Assembly: GCA_030265395.1 (NCBI GenBank)
Contig: JARFYF010000104.1
Location: 22,735,659-22,799,658, forward strand
DNA from: Rhina ancylostomus
Taxonomy: Eukaryota
Length of the DNA: 64,000 nucleotides
Reading direction: 5' to 3'
The translations under genes and the position numbers were made by a program. Shown here piece after piece: positions 1-11,959 of the stretch; positions within the stretch are counted from its first letter, which is position 1; each line of letters opens with the position of its first letter. The notes below the pieces were generated by a model, which was not told where the DNA came from, searched no databases, and was given only the letters and a program-made list of their open reading frames with translations.

Positions 1-148
1 CAGCCTTGTGGGGCACCAGTGTTGAGAATAATCGTGCCGGAGGTATTGCTGCCTATCCTCACTGATTGCGGTCTGTTCGTTAGAAAGTCAAGGATCCAGT
101 TACAGAGGGAAGTGTTGAGTCCCAGGTCTCAGAGTTTGGTGACAAGCT
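1..148 (-). mobile_element. Rex1/Babar-type LINE reverse transcriptase fragment
   Basis: Minus strand reads [48 protein letters not shown], a Rex1-like RT segment; homologous to 13572-13830. Confidence 0.85.
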
Positions 149-1169
149 TGCTTGCTTAAAAATTATATACTGGAAATTAATTAAATTAAAACAATTCAGG
201 AAAATGGAATTCCAGCAGCCAACGCCTGATGTAAAGTTAACAACACAGGCAAAATGGATTATCTGGCATCCAACCCTGAGGGCAGAGGAACAGAAGGAAG
301 CCATTCAGACATCTGGCCATTTTTCATTATTCAGTTAAATCATGAGTGGTTCCTGAAGTCCCTGTCTTTCTTCTGTATCTTTGCCTGACAAAACTCTATC
401 AATCTCAGTTTTGAAATTTTCAGTTGATCCCCGGCGTCAATGGACTTTTAGAAGAAAGCTCTTGATTTCCCCTAACTTCTACTTAAATTCAACGAATCTC
501 CAAAATAATGTAGGAGAAAAGTAATGATCACGATTATTGGTTTAGTAGGAAATTCAACTGCAAATGTTTTCTTACATAGCTTCTAAAAGGTAAGTTATCT
601 CTCTCCTCCAGATGATTTGCTCTCTGTTGAATGCAGACAAGTGTGCCCACAATACTGGTGAGGCAAGGTTTACGGAGTTTAACTGCACAGCTAACAAGAT
701 TAGAGAGTGAAAAGGGTCAGCTGAGAGTGCACTTGCAAATCAGAACTGCAAAACTAACAAATTGCTGTCATGATTCTACATGTGTATGTTAATATTGATT
801 ACAATTAATACATATTACAAAAATGGAAAAGTCAACGTCTGAAAATGACAGCAACCAAAAAATATGCTTTTATTCAAGACACAAGAAACTGCAGATGCTG
901 GAATCTGGGGCGATTTATTCCCCTCTTATCTATAAATTTCTTTACCCAAGATCTTTTCACTCATATTATTCTGTTGAAAATTTTAGATTTACTTTGAAGT
1001 ATTTTACTATTTACTTTACTGTTTCTTTGAAATATTTGTACTTTCCTTAAAGGCAATTCTGAACAATTTTATCTTTTTCTCCACTTTTTAATATTAACCC
1101 TCAATACCAATATCAATTTACCAATTCCTTTTTGGTAACTGACCTTCATTGGTTCTCAGTCCAAAAGAA

Positions 1170-1525
1170 TTTTTGAAATTAAAATTTTCGTCATCTTCAA
1201 ATCCTTCCATGGCCTCATCTCTTGCTATCTCTCTCACCTTATAATTCACTGGCATCTTTAGATTCCACCAGTTCTGGTCTCTTTGCACATTCTCTGTTTT
1301 CTTTGCCTCATCATTGTAGCTATGCCTAAAGCTGCCCGGGCCCTAAATTCCAAAATTCTCTGTCTAGCATTCTTTTCTTTGTCTACATTTTAAAGAAGCT
1401 GCTTAAACTCTACTTCCTTGACCAAACTTTTGATCATCTCTCCTATTATCTTCTTAACTCTGCCTGAAGATGCAATGGTAAAACACTCTGGGGCACTTCA
1501 CTACACACAAAGAACTATATATAAG
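1170..1525 (+). mobile_element. L2-clade LINE 3' end, degenerate
   Basis: tcatcttcaaatccttccatggcctc...tttgatcatctctcc...aaacactctggggcacttcactaca...tatataagcaa resembles L2 3' ends; similar copy at 39320-40050. Confidence 0.55.
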
Positions 1526-1529
1526 CAAC

Positions 1530-1730
1530 ATAAAGAGAGATGCTGGAAGAACTCAGCCAGCCAAGCAGTGTCTGTGGAAAGAAAAACAAAATAATGTTTT
1601 AGGTCAAATCTCATCCGTGCGGCCTGGCCCGCAGAGTTCCTCCAGCATCATTGTGTTTTCATCTAGATTCCAGCATCTGCAGTCCTTTGTTTCTCTAATG
1701 TTTTAGGTCAGTGACCCTACTCAGAAATGG
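1530..1730 (-). mobile_element. Penelope-like terminal segment containing an 89-bp opposite-orientation insertion of the same family
   Basis: tgctggaagaactcagccagccaagcagtgtctg terminal motif; insert 1607-1695 flanked by a perfect 15-bp direct repeat taatgttttaggtca (1592-1606, 1696-1710). Confidence 0.7.
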
Positions 1731-1934
1731 GGAGGATGGGAGAGTGAGGGTTTACAATTTTCAATGCCAAGCGGAGTGGGGGGAGGAGTGAGGTGTAAGA
1801 CAAAAGTCTTTATGGAGATGGGTTAAGACAGATCAGGTGACGGAGTATGATTACTGACTGTTAGCAGGACATTTTAAAGAAACAAGGTGAGAAAGGGACT
1901 TAAATGTGATAATGGGAAACAATGAGAGAACATC

Positions 1935-2645
1935 TTACCTGAACTTGGAAAATTCAGTGTTCATTCTAGAGGGTTGCAAAGTGCTTGAGTGGAAGATAAA
2001 ATGTTGTTCTTCTAGTTTACAATGGGCCTCACTATGGCAGTGGAGGAGACTGCAGAAGGACAGGTTACAATAGGAGTGGGATTGAGAATTAAAGTGGCAT
2101 CAAACAGGAAGCTCAGGATCATTCCGCATATTGAGCGCAGGCACTTGGCAAAGTGATTACCCAATCTGCCCTAGTTTCTCCAATGCAGGGACCACATTGT
2201 GAACATTGAATGCAGTGGAGTAGATTGGAAGATATGCAAGTGAATTGCTGCTTCGTCTGGTTTGATTGTTCAGGTCCCTGGATTGTGGGAAGGGAAGAGG
2301 TGAATGGACTGGTGTTGCATTTCCTCCAGTTGCTTGGGAAGGGAGTCACAAAGTGAGCTGTCCCTGAGAAGTGCAGAAAGGGTAGGTGGGGGGAAGATGT
2401 GACTGGTGGTGGAATCATGTTGGACATGGAGGAAACTGAGAACGATAATGCATTGGGGGCTTTTAAGAGGGGCTTCGATGGGCACATGAATGAGAGGAAA
2501 ATGGAGGGATATGGCCATTCTGTAGGTAGGAGGGATTAGCTATGTCGGCACAATATTGTGGGCTGAAGGGCCTGTTCTGTGCTGTACTGTTCTATGTTCT
2601 ATGTTGAACGCTAAGTTTAGTGGGGTGGGAAGTAAGTACCAGGGG
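1935..2645 (-). mobile_element. Penelope-like element, GIY-YIG region, interrupted by a CR1 tail
   Basis: ORF fragments TSSLPTIQGP..QQFTCISSNLLHCIQCSQCGPCIGETR and TTSHIFPPPTLSALLRDSSL match the copy at 6030-7206; homology resumes (LVLTSHPT-like) after 2605. Confidence 0.8.
2456..2605 (+). mobile_element. 5'-truncated CR1 (HER1-like) 3' tail
   Basis: tgggctgaagggcctgttctgtgctgtactgttctatgttctatgtt is a CR1 3' end with a (TTCTATG)n tail; it is nested in the Penelope copy. Confidence 0.8.
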
Positions 2646-2689
2646 AGCTAGAGAAATTCAACTTGTGGTAGCTTTTTATTTAATTTGAT

Positions 2690-3400
2690 TTTGTACCTAA
2701 AGTAAATAGTTGTGAATAATTGTTTGATTCTCTTCAAACCATCTTCCCTAAAACCTGATATATTTCTTTTAATATATGGTGCTCCTACCAGAGCTAAAAT
2801 GTTAAATTCTATCACTAATTCTCCAGTATTCCTTATTTCTAAATTTGCTACTGCCTCAGGTTCAGGTCTGAGCTAAATATGATACAACATATAGCTTATA
2901 AACAAATCTGCAGAAGCTCCACAATCTGAGTTCTCTCTTTTGTGAGAATGTAATTTAATATTCTGCTGTAATATACTGTAATTAAAATATCCTAATCATG
3001 AATATTACCCCCTGCTTTTTTCACATCCATTTTGTATTTATTCATATAATTCCAAGCAAATTACCTTTTTCTTGCATTCCTGCCCTATGGCAATTCCCAA
3101 AAAATGAAGTTATTTGAGTCAGTTTCAATTTTTTTAATCCAGATTTGACTTCAATCTCTCATAACTAAAGTTAACTCTCCTCTGCCAATAACTTCTGAAT
3201 TAGTAATTTAACATTTTTCTCAAAATCACTCCTTCTAGTCATTATAAACATTTTTATTCCAGCTCCATAAAACTTCAACCCATTCTCAGGATTTATATAG
3301 GGGTCCATTAAATGCTTGCTTTTATTATCATCCTGTTCAACATGTTTTAATATTAAGCACTTAATTAAGTCTATATTATAATATTAAAATCCCAAGAAGT
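2690..3400 (-). mobile_element. Possible very old L1/Tx1-type endonuclease-region remnant
   Basis: Strand-biased composition and faint minus-strand motifs (GD-FN-like, RIDYF-like, WRLN-like) with many stops. Confidence 0.3.
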
Positions 3401-4799
3401 TGAGAAAAGTAATACATGATATTATTCTTACATCACAAGCACAGACACGCAGAGTGAATCTTTCTTTCTTGTTTCAGAAGTATGAGAAATTTTGCAAAGG
3501 TAGTCAATGTTTCCAGAATATATCCTCAAACCTGCAGTGGCATAAAGCTCAGTTTCATTTGAAACTTGTGGCCCATTGGTAAACAGACTGGCTTTTTTAA
3601 CCAATGCAGCTGTTAGCTGGGTACTGTTGTTGGATCTGAGAGACGGACTGACGCTTATGATGTTTACTAGATGAGTGTGAAATGAGTTAATAGCAGAGAA
3701 ATTGAGTGCAACACTCATATTTACTGCCATTGACAATGTTGTGCTGCATAAAGTTTGATATATATCAATTCACCTTTATCTTGGCAAAAAGCCAACATTC
3801 TCTGATTCATTAATCTATGTGACTGATACATACAGATCTAAGCAACCCAGAACACCATAAAAAAATTACAAGGGGATGGGTGGGGAATGCAGATACCTAT
3901 GTTACATTGATGTTATTCCAAATCACAGTCCTTTCTGTGATCAGAGTAAGTGTTTGAACATATACCAGCAAAATAGAACCTCCTTGCTGTGCACAACAAC
4001 ACCCTGCCACTGTACCAGGGAGAGTCCGAGGCTTGGAAGAAGCTGAAGCAAAAGACATAAGCTTCATCAAGTCTCAGCTAGTAGGGAGAAGGGTTACTAT
4101 GATCTCCGTGGGAATGATGACCACTTGCCTTTGGGCCTCCCTCAACCCTTAAGAAGCTTCATGCACACTTTTAGAAGATGAAAACCTGCTGAGTATACCG
4201 GAATGTTTTGGAAGAAATCCATAGAAGGGTCTGAGCATATCCTCCAATACATCCCCAGGTGGCAGGTCAATGCTGTCAGCCTCCTGTGTTCCCAGAGGTG
4301 TACTTTCTTTGGTTTCAGCCAAAGGATACAGACCACGTGGATCTAGTTTTGCCTGCAAACTTGCATCTCAGCTGTTTGAATCACATGTCAGTTTTACCTC
4401 ATTATACATGTGATCAAAAACTAATGGGATTTTTACACAAAAGGAACTTGGCAAGTAGGGGAGTTGGTGAGATTTGATATTAAGTAAAAACTAGGAGATA
4501 GCAGAGAAGGTCAGAATCACAGAGAGCCTGCTGACAGAAATTAAGTAGAGGAGAAAGATTATGTATAATAGAATCATTCAACTTTGGAAAGCCGGCACAA
4601 TTAAATTGGCCAGTCATGGAGAAAGGGAGATCATGTTTAGAGAAACTGAGATTAAATAGATGCCTGGAGGATATACTGCACTAATTTCTGGGTCAATGAG
4701 AAATATCACAATTTAATTTTCTTATCATTTCCATCATGAACTCAATAACATTGTGGGAAGTCTAAGATAATTCAAATTCTAACTTCTTTTTCTCTTTCT

Positions 4800-4905
4800 C
4801 AGTTTTGACAATAGGTCTCAGACCTGAAACGTTAACTGTTTCTCTTTCCATAGTTGCTGCCTGACCTTTCTGTTTTATTTCAGATTTCCAGATTATGTAG
4901 TTCTT
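4800..4905 (+). mobile_element. Penelope-like terminal fragment with degenerate minimal hammerhead motif
   Basis: cagt-t-ttgacaat-aggt-ctcag-acct-gaaacgtta-actg followed by tctctttccatagttgctgcctgacc...ttcagatttccag. Confidence 0.65.
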
Positions 4906-5017
4906 TCGATTTTTATTTGCAAAAGCCAATTCTGCACGGCATGAAATTATTTTGGTGTGATTTTTTTGCTTTGTGTATGATTGTACTTACAGTTTTGATT
5001 TGAAAGGATTTATTCTG

Positions 5018-5135
5018 TCAGCTATGACACAGTGAGGAGCACTCTCACCCTTGACTCATGAGATTCTGGGACCAAGTCCTACTCCAGATGTCAATGTCTC
5101 CATTGTGAATCTCCATTGCAGTATTAAGGGAGTGG
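5018..5135 (+). mobile_element. Deu-domain SINE (SacSINE1-like) head fragment
   Basis: tRNA-like head (agcactctcacccttgactcatgagattctgggaccaagtcctactccaga) plus tgcagtattaagggagtg, shared with 11960-12345 and 21680-22160. Confidence 0.5.
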
Positions 5136-5159
5136 CTCAAGGAATCAGGGTTTTTAAGA

Positions 5160-5337
5160 TTCAACTTTTGGGAAGTGGGCATTGCTGCCAAGGCCAGTAT
5201 TTATTGCCTATCCCTAACTGGTTTTGAGAAGGTGATGGTGATCTATCCGCTTAAACTGCTGCAATATTGCAGGCTGGGGAGTTCCAGGAGTTAGACTAGG
5301 TGGTGATGAAGGAATAATGAGATACTTCCAAGTCAGG
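5160..5337 (-). mobile_element. CR1-clade-like LINE 3' end
   Basis: Reverse complement of the tail at 9400-9632 (gtgggcattgctgccaaggccagtatttattgcctatccctaactg). Confidence 0.65.
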
Positions 5338-5600
5338 AGACACAAGAGACTGCAGATGCTGGAATCTTAAGCAACAAATGATACATGTCAATGTTTTGAG
5401 TTGTGCTCCTTCATCTGGACTGAAAGACAGGGGGAGGATAGCCAGTATAAAGAGGTGAGGGGAAAGGCTGGAGCAAGAGCTGGCAATCGCCTGGATTCAG
5501 GTGATGAGGGGTGCTAGGCTGAGGGAGGAGGGGACAGTGGGAATAGTGACAGAGGCTGGGAGGTCACCTATCACCTCCACCTGTCACCTCAGAGCCTCTG
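5338..5600 (-). mobile_element. Penelope-like terminal segment
   Basis: gacacaagagactgcagatgctggaatct terminus, decayed hammerhead region at 5386-5422 and a purine-rich UTR. Confidence 0.65.
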
Positions 5601-6029
5601 TTGCTATAGGTGTACCCATCTCAATTAATGAACGTGGCAGCCAGTTCCACTTTCTAAACATACTTTGGGTTAATAAATTTCTCCTGTTTTCCCTTTTGGA
5701 TGTATTGGTGATTACCTAACTGGCAAATCTCTCCTGGAGATCTACAATGGATCTGCAGGTGGGCAGTTCCAGAGCTGGTTGAGCAGACTATCAGCTACAA
5801 GATTTCTATGTTGCCTGGCTGAAGTCATCATTCAGCCTTCTCTTCAGAAACAAGCCCAGTCTGTCCTATCTTTTCTGAAGGACATTATCTCTCAGTTCTG
5901 ATGTGATCCTTGTAAATCTTTTTATTAAAAGTTTTTCAGTGTCTCTACATCTTAATCTAATAGGGAGATTGGAACTGTGCACAGTGCTTCATGTGTTCAC
6001 CAACTGAAATTCCATACAGATTTAATCAA

Positions 6030-7206
6030 TACATCAATATAGTATCCAACACATCATTCTCAGCAACTTCTGCCACCTCTCGTATCCCCTCCACTTCCGG
6101 CATGTCTGCCTCACCCCCTCCTCTTGCCAATATAATAGGGACAGGGTGGGCCTTGTCCTCACCTACCACCCCACGAGCCTCCGTATCCAACTCATCATTC
6201 TCTGCAACTTCCACCACCTCCAATGGGATCCTACCACCAGGCACATCTTTCCCTCACCTCCTCTCTCCACTTTCTGTTTTCCCAAGGGACCACTCTCTCC
6301 GACTTCCTTGTCCACTCCTCCCTCCCCACTGATCACCCCCCCTGACACTTATGCCTGCAACTGCACCAAATGCTACACCTGTCCCTATACCTCTTCCCTC
6401 ACCACTATTCAGGGTCCCAGACAATCCTTCCAGGTGAGGCAGCACTTCACCTGTGAGTCCGAGGGTGTCATTTATTGCTTCCGGTGCTCCCAGTGTGGCC
6501 TCCTGTACATCAGTGAGACCCGACGCAGATTGGGGGCTTGCTTTGTCGAGCAGCTTTGATCCATCCGCCGCAAAAGCCAGGATCTCCTGGTGGCCACCTA
6601 CTTCAATTCCACATCCCACTCGCATACTGACAAGTCTATCCATGGCCTCCTCTACTTCCACATGCAGGTTGGAGGAACAACACCTCATATTCTGCCTTGG
6701 GAGTCTCCAGCCTGATGGCCTAAACATTGATTTCTCTAACTTCCGGTAACCACACCCCTTCCTTTTCTTCACCCCCACTCCTCTGTCTTCCCTTATTCCT
6801 ATNNNNNNNNNNNNNNNNNNNNNNNNNNNNNNNNNNNNNNNNNNNNNNNNNNNNNNNNNNNNNNNNNNNNNNNNNNNNNNNNNNNNNNNNNNNNNNNNNN
6901 NNNNNNNNNNNNNNNNNNNNNNNNNNNNNNNNNNNNNNNNNNNNNNNNNNNNNNNNNNNNNNNNNNNNNNNNNNNNNNNNNNNNNNNNNNNNNNNNNNNN
7001 NNNNNNNNNNNNNNNNNNNNNNNNNNNNNNNNNNNNNNNNNNNNNNNNNNNNNNNNNNNNNNNNNNNNNNNNNNNNNNNNNNNNNNNNNNNNNNNGAAAT
7101 GTCAACTGCTTATTTCTCTCCAAAGATGCTGCCTGACCTGTTGAGTTCCCCCAGCACTTTTTGTGTATTGCTCCAGATTCCAGCATCTGCAGAATTTTTG
7201 TCTCTC
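6030..7206 (+). mobile_element. Penelope-like element 3' half: GIY-YIG endonuclease region, 3' UTR and terminus (spans a gap)
   Basis: LVLTYHPTSLRIQLIIL..DPTTRHIFPSPPLS..CNCTKCYTCPY..FQVRQHFTCESEGVIYCFRCSQCGLLYISETRRRLG..RLEEQHLIFCLGSLQPDGLNIDFSNFR; ends ctccagattccagcatctgcagaatttttgtctctc. Short internal direct repeat at 6052-6079 and 6193-6220. Confidence 0.88.
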
Positions 7207-7799
7207 CTTAATCAAATGTCTTGCCTTGAATGTCTGGTTTCTTAAAGCCTTATTAACCTTTTTTGCCTCTGCAGCACCGGATCCTTTGCTTCTCTACTCC
7301 ATTAAGATTTATCTTCCAAGTAGTATATGCCCTTTTTATTGTTCCTGCTAAAATGCACCACTTCACATGTACCTATATTTGCTGGAAAATTTAATTGTTG
7401 TTTTAATCAAGGCTATACAATTAAAATCTATTTTTCTGGAGTATTACATGTCAATAATTGTGCATCTCTCAGAAAATTCAACAAAGGGCTCTATCATGAG
7501 TCACCTTTGTGAACCTGTACAATTTCAACTTCAGGGCTGCAAGTGATGATGTCATTTCCCATGCTGACCTGGGAGGCTTGCTTGGTAAATCAATTATTTT
7601 TCCACATCCTTGCCCATCAACCCTGTACTGTAATGATCCCACCTACGACATTCCTTAGTTCCATCCCTGCTTCTTGAAACCCTTGACCCTCATATCCCTC
7701 AAGCTGAATGTATTCCTCTCACCAGAACTAGCCCAGATCATTTGATGAAATTGTTAATAGTAACTTTAGCCTTGAGCTACCTTTAACTCATCATTATCT

Positions 7800-8640
7800 T
7801 GTACAGTAATGATTTGGTCTCATTATAAAGGAAGAATCTACTTGGATTCGAAGTAGTACAGAAAATGTTCACCAGATTGATTCTTGGGATGAGGGGGTCA
7901 TCTTATTAGAAATAGAACATAAAATATAGAACATAGAACAGTACAGCACAGGAACAGGCCCTCCAGCCCACGATGTTGTGCTGAAGTAATTAAGCTGGTG
8001 ACACCTAATCCTTTCTGCCTGCACACAGTCCCTATCCCTCCATTCTCTGCATATTCATATTCCTATCTAAAAGCCTTGTAAATGCATCTGTTGTATCTGC
8101 CTCTAGTACCACCCCTGGNNNNNNNNNNNNNNNNNNNNNNNNNNNNNNNNNNNNNNNNNNNNNNNNNNNNNNNNNNNNNNNNNNNNNNNNNNTATTAGAC
8201 TTTTTGATCCTGGGAAAAATACACTGGCTGCTACTCTTAGCTATGCCTCTCATAATTTTATGATCTTTCAGATCTCCCCTCAGTCTCTGCTGCTCCAGAC
8301 AAAACTACCCTAGTTTGCCCAACCTCTCCTCATAGGTTCTAAGGAGGTTTACAGGGTGGATGCTGAGAGGATGTTTTCCCATGTAGGAGAATCTAAAACC
8401 TGAGGGCATAGTTTTGGAATAAGAGATTGTCCATTTAAAATAGAGGAATCTTCACTGAAGGTCATGAATCCTTGGAATTTTCTGCCCCAGAGAGCTGTGG
8501 AGACTGAGTCATTGAACATATGTATTTTCAGGGCTGTGATGGATTTTTTGGTCCAAAGGGAAGCCCAGGGTTAGAATGAATGGGCAGGAAGATGGATCTG
8601 AAGCAAAGATCAGATCAGCCATTATCTTATGGAATGGTAC
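7800..8640. mobile_element. Nested CR1 fragments: a minus-strand CR1 3' end (~7910-8332) inside a plus-strand CR1 3' region
   Basis: Plus-strand CR1 (aaaatgttcaccagattgattcttgggatg) breaks at ~7908 into (ATAGAAC)n/acagcacaggaacaggccc and resumes at ~8335 (gacagggtggatgctgagaggatg-like). Confidence 0.75.
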
Positions 8641-9099
8641 AGTATTTGTGTTCTTAGGTACACTTAATTGCTGAGAATCTTGCAACAAAATACACTTAAA
8701 GGCATGGTTATTGTGTATTAATTGTTTGCAATAATGGCTGCAGAATGATTGCAGTCCAGTCGACTGTGATAGAATAATGCCATCAGAAAAGATCAAGCCA
8801 TGTTTGTCATTCATTGCACTTTTCTGGGCATTTCAGTAGCATCTTACTGACATAGGAATCTGATAGATCATAACACTCTCTACAAGGAACTGGGACCAAT
8901 GAGAACAGGTTAAGCAATGGTACCTCTTTAATAAAGCAGATTGAAAAATCCTTACAGAGGCTCACAGAGTCAAAATCAGAAAGTTAAAGTTAGAATATTT
9001 AATTTAGTGTAAAATTGTGTAGAGAAAGTTAAAGAAACAGAAAGAAAGTGACTTAAAAATTCAAATAATGACATAGTTATCCTGGAAACAACACCTCCA

Positions 9100-9632
9100 A
9101 ACTTCCCAGAGCCTGTGCATCATCTACAAGGCTCAAGTCAGGAGTGCGATGGAATAGCCTGGATTTCTGCAGCTTCAACAACATTCAAGAAGCTTGACAC
9201 CATACAGGACATAGCAGCCCACTTAATAGGAAACCCATCCATAACCATTCACTCACTCCACCACCGATGCACAATAGCAGCACTTGTACCATCTACAGGA
9301 TGCAATGCAACACTCACCAAGAGTCCTTAGACAGCACCTACAAACCCATGAGCTAGGACAAGAGGAGCAAAGGCATGGGAATATCTCCACCTGGAAGTTG
9401 CCCTCCAAGCCACACACATCCTGACTTGGAAGTATATCACTGTTCCTTCACCATCGCTGGATCAAAATCCTGGAACTCCCTCCCTAGCAGCACAATGGGT
9501 ATACCCACACCTCAAGGACAGCAGTAGTTCAGGAAAGCAGCTCGCCAGCACCTTCTCAGGGGCAACTAGGGATGTGCAATTAAATGCTGGCAGAGCCTGC
9601 AAAGCCCATATCCCTTGAATGAATAAAAAAAT
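9100..9632 (+). mobile_element. CR1-clade-like LINE 3' end
   Basis: IYKAQVRS..E / KKLDTIQDIAAHLIG-type ORF2 C-terminus; 3' UTR ends gcccatatcccttgaatgaataaaaaaa. Confidence 0.75.
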
Positions 9633-11287
9633 GTATTTGCCCTCTTTGATTNNNNNNNNNNNNNNNNNNNNNNNNNNNNNNNNNNNNNNNNNNNNNNNNN
9701 NNNNNNNNNNNNNNNNNNNNNNNNNNNNNNNNNNNNNNNNNNNNNNNNNNNAAAGCCCATATCCCTTGAATGAATAAAAAAATGTATTTGCCCTCTTTGA
9801 TTGCCAGTGGATCCAGATCCTGGAAATCCCTGCTTAATGGCACTGTGGGAGCACCTTTATCATCAGTTTACAAAAGGAGTTCACTGCCGCCTTCCCAAGG
9901 TCATTGAGTATGTAAATTGAAGGTTTGGCCTGGATAGTAAGGCTCACTTCTTATAAAAGAATAAAAATAATAAAATCTGATGGAATGGAACTCTACAAGT
10001 ATGAATGTAAATGTTAAGGGCTGGAAAGCTATTAGTAATTAAGACATATTGTACCATTAAAAATTACTTATGCTTGGATGGACATTTCTAATATTTTTTG
10101 CTATGTTTAGTGTTCTTGCTGTCGGGTACATGACACAAATTTACAGTCTGGATATTTGAATGAGGTACCAGTGTATTGAAGTTTTTGGAGACATAACTTT
10201 CTTAGCTCCATGTCTAATGGTGTATGTGCAGATACCAGTTTTGCTATTTGATTTACTCCTTAATAGGAGTGTGTGCTGATAACTGCACCATTATTCTTGT
10301 TGTTAAATCTGGGCCATTGCCTTCTTTGCTCTCACAGCTGCCAGCTTTCGTTTGCACGCAAACAGGTGCAGGATTACATTATATAACTCGAGCAATTAGT
10401 TTCAGTCTCGCCCCAACCAATTAATTTGTTAGGTCTGTGTAACCTATTCTTCATTAGGTAATTTTTCACACAATGATGAGGGAGCCATAGCAAATTTTGA
10501 CCTGGTGTGTTTAGGAATACTGCTCTGATTACTCGGAACCACTGCTTGGAGAATAGTGGAAATGGAGGAACTAAGTGCTTACCTCAAGTCCATCTTGTGT
10601 CAATAAATGAAATAAATCAATAGTCAGTGAAGTGTGAATGCCTCTCTACTGCTGTAGAATTTGTTTTTTGGGGGCAATTTGACATGCTGTGTGTGGAACA
10701 CAAGGCAGCAGAACAGCTGCAGGAAAATAAAAGCAAATGCGATTACTAACATCTTTATCGAAATCTTGTCCTTTTGATTCTCTTTGCAACCATTTTACCA
10801 GCAGCCATTGACAGATAAAGTAAAATAAATTAAATACAATAATGTAACATGTTTCAAAGATGGAGCCCATTATTGAAACAGCTAAGGAGCCTGATTTTGT
10901 GGCTAATCCACTGAGGCCGACACATTTCTATTCAGTTACATGGGTTGCCATTTCATCATCTTAATAGGCATATACACAAAACCATCTGAATACCAAAGAT
11001 CCAGCGTTCCACTGAAAATAGAGATGAAAAGTTTGCTTAAATTTCCCTTAGAGAAATAATGTAGCATTTTGGTTCTTTTAGTTAATTGCTGGATTTATGA
11101 TGTTTATTAAATTTGATTAAGCAATTGACATTTTTTCCAGGCTTGATTGGTCATGTGAAACTCATTAATATTTCATTATTAATGGACATGTAGACAGTTG
11201 AGGTCACTGCAGAGTGCTTACCAGTTGAACCAAGTTAACTACCACTAATACTGCACTACTGATACTGCACAATTGTATACATTTCTG

Positions 11288-11795
11288 ATCACCACATTAC
11301 CGGAAGGATGTGGTAGCAAAGGAGAAAGTACAGAAGAGATTCACCAGGATGTTGCCTGGAATGGAGGATTGTAGTTATAAAGAGCGATTGGATAGGCTGG
11401 GTTTATTCTCTCTGGAATGCAGGTGACCTTAGAGAGGTTTACAAAATTATGAGGGACATGGATAGGAAAGGTAGTCAGAATCTTTTTCCCAGGGCAGGGG
11501 AGTCTAGAACTGGAGGACACAGTTTTAAGGTGAGGGGCATAAATTTAAAGGAGATCTGAGGGTAGGTTTTTCACACATACGGTTGTAAATATCTGGAATG
11601 AGCTGCCAAGGAGGCAGTGGAGGCAGATACAGTTAATTTAAAAGGGGTTTGGGCAGATACTTGGATAGCTAAGGTGTAGAGGAATATGTGCTGAATGCAA
11701 GCAACTAGAATTAGCATATATAGGCATTATGATTGGCATGGATGTGGTAGACTGAAAAGGCCCATTTCTATGCTGCATGCTCCCATGATTCTATG
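11288..11795 (+). mobile_element. CR1 LINE 3' end
   Basis: SPHYRKDVVAKEKVQKRFTRMLPGMEDCSYKERLDRLGLFSLE, then a typical 3' UTR ending atgctcccatgattctatga. Confidence 0.85.
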
Positions 11796-11959
11796 AGTAA
11801 TACCAGTGGCACCAGAGTGGCTACCAGCACATTTGCTAAGTAATGAGACCCATGCCTAAGGATATTCAGATTAAAGGGCATGGCTTCTTTTTGGTATTTG
11901 TCCAAAATCAAGACAAAAGCACTTTCGAAGTCTCTGCGAATGGATCATGGACCAGCAGC

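Noticed and set aside
6254-7245. 310-aa and 172-aa ORFs
   Set aside because: Antisense or UTR frames of a Penelope element that read through Ns.
9601-9802. 51-bp direct repeat on both sides of a 100-N gap
   Set aside because: Identical sequence flanking a fixed-size gap is typical of an unmerged contig overlap.
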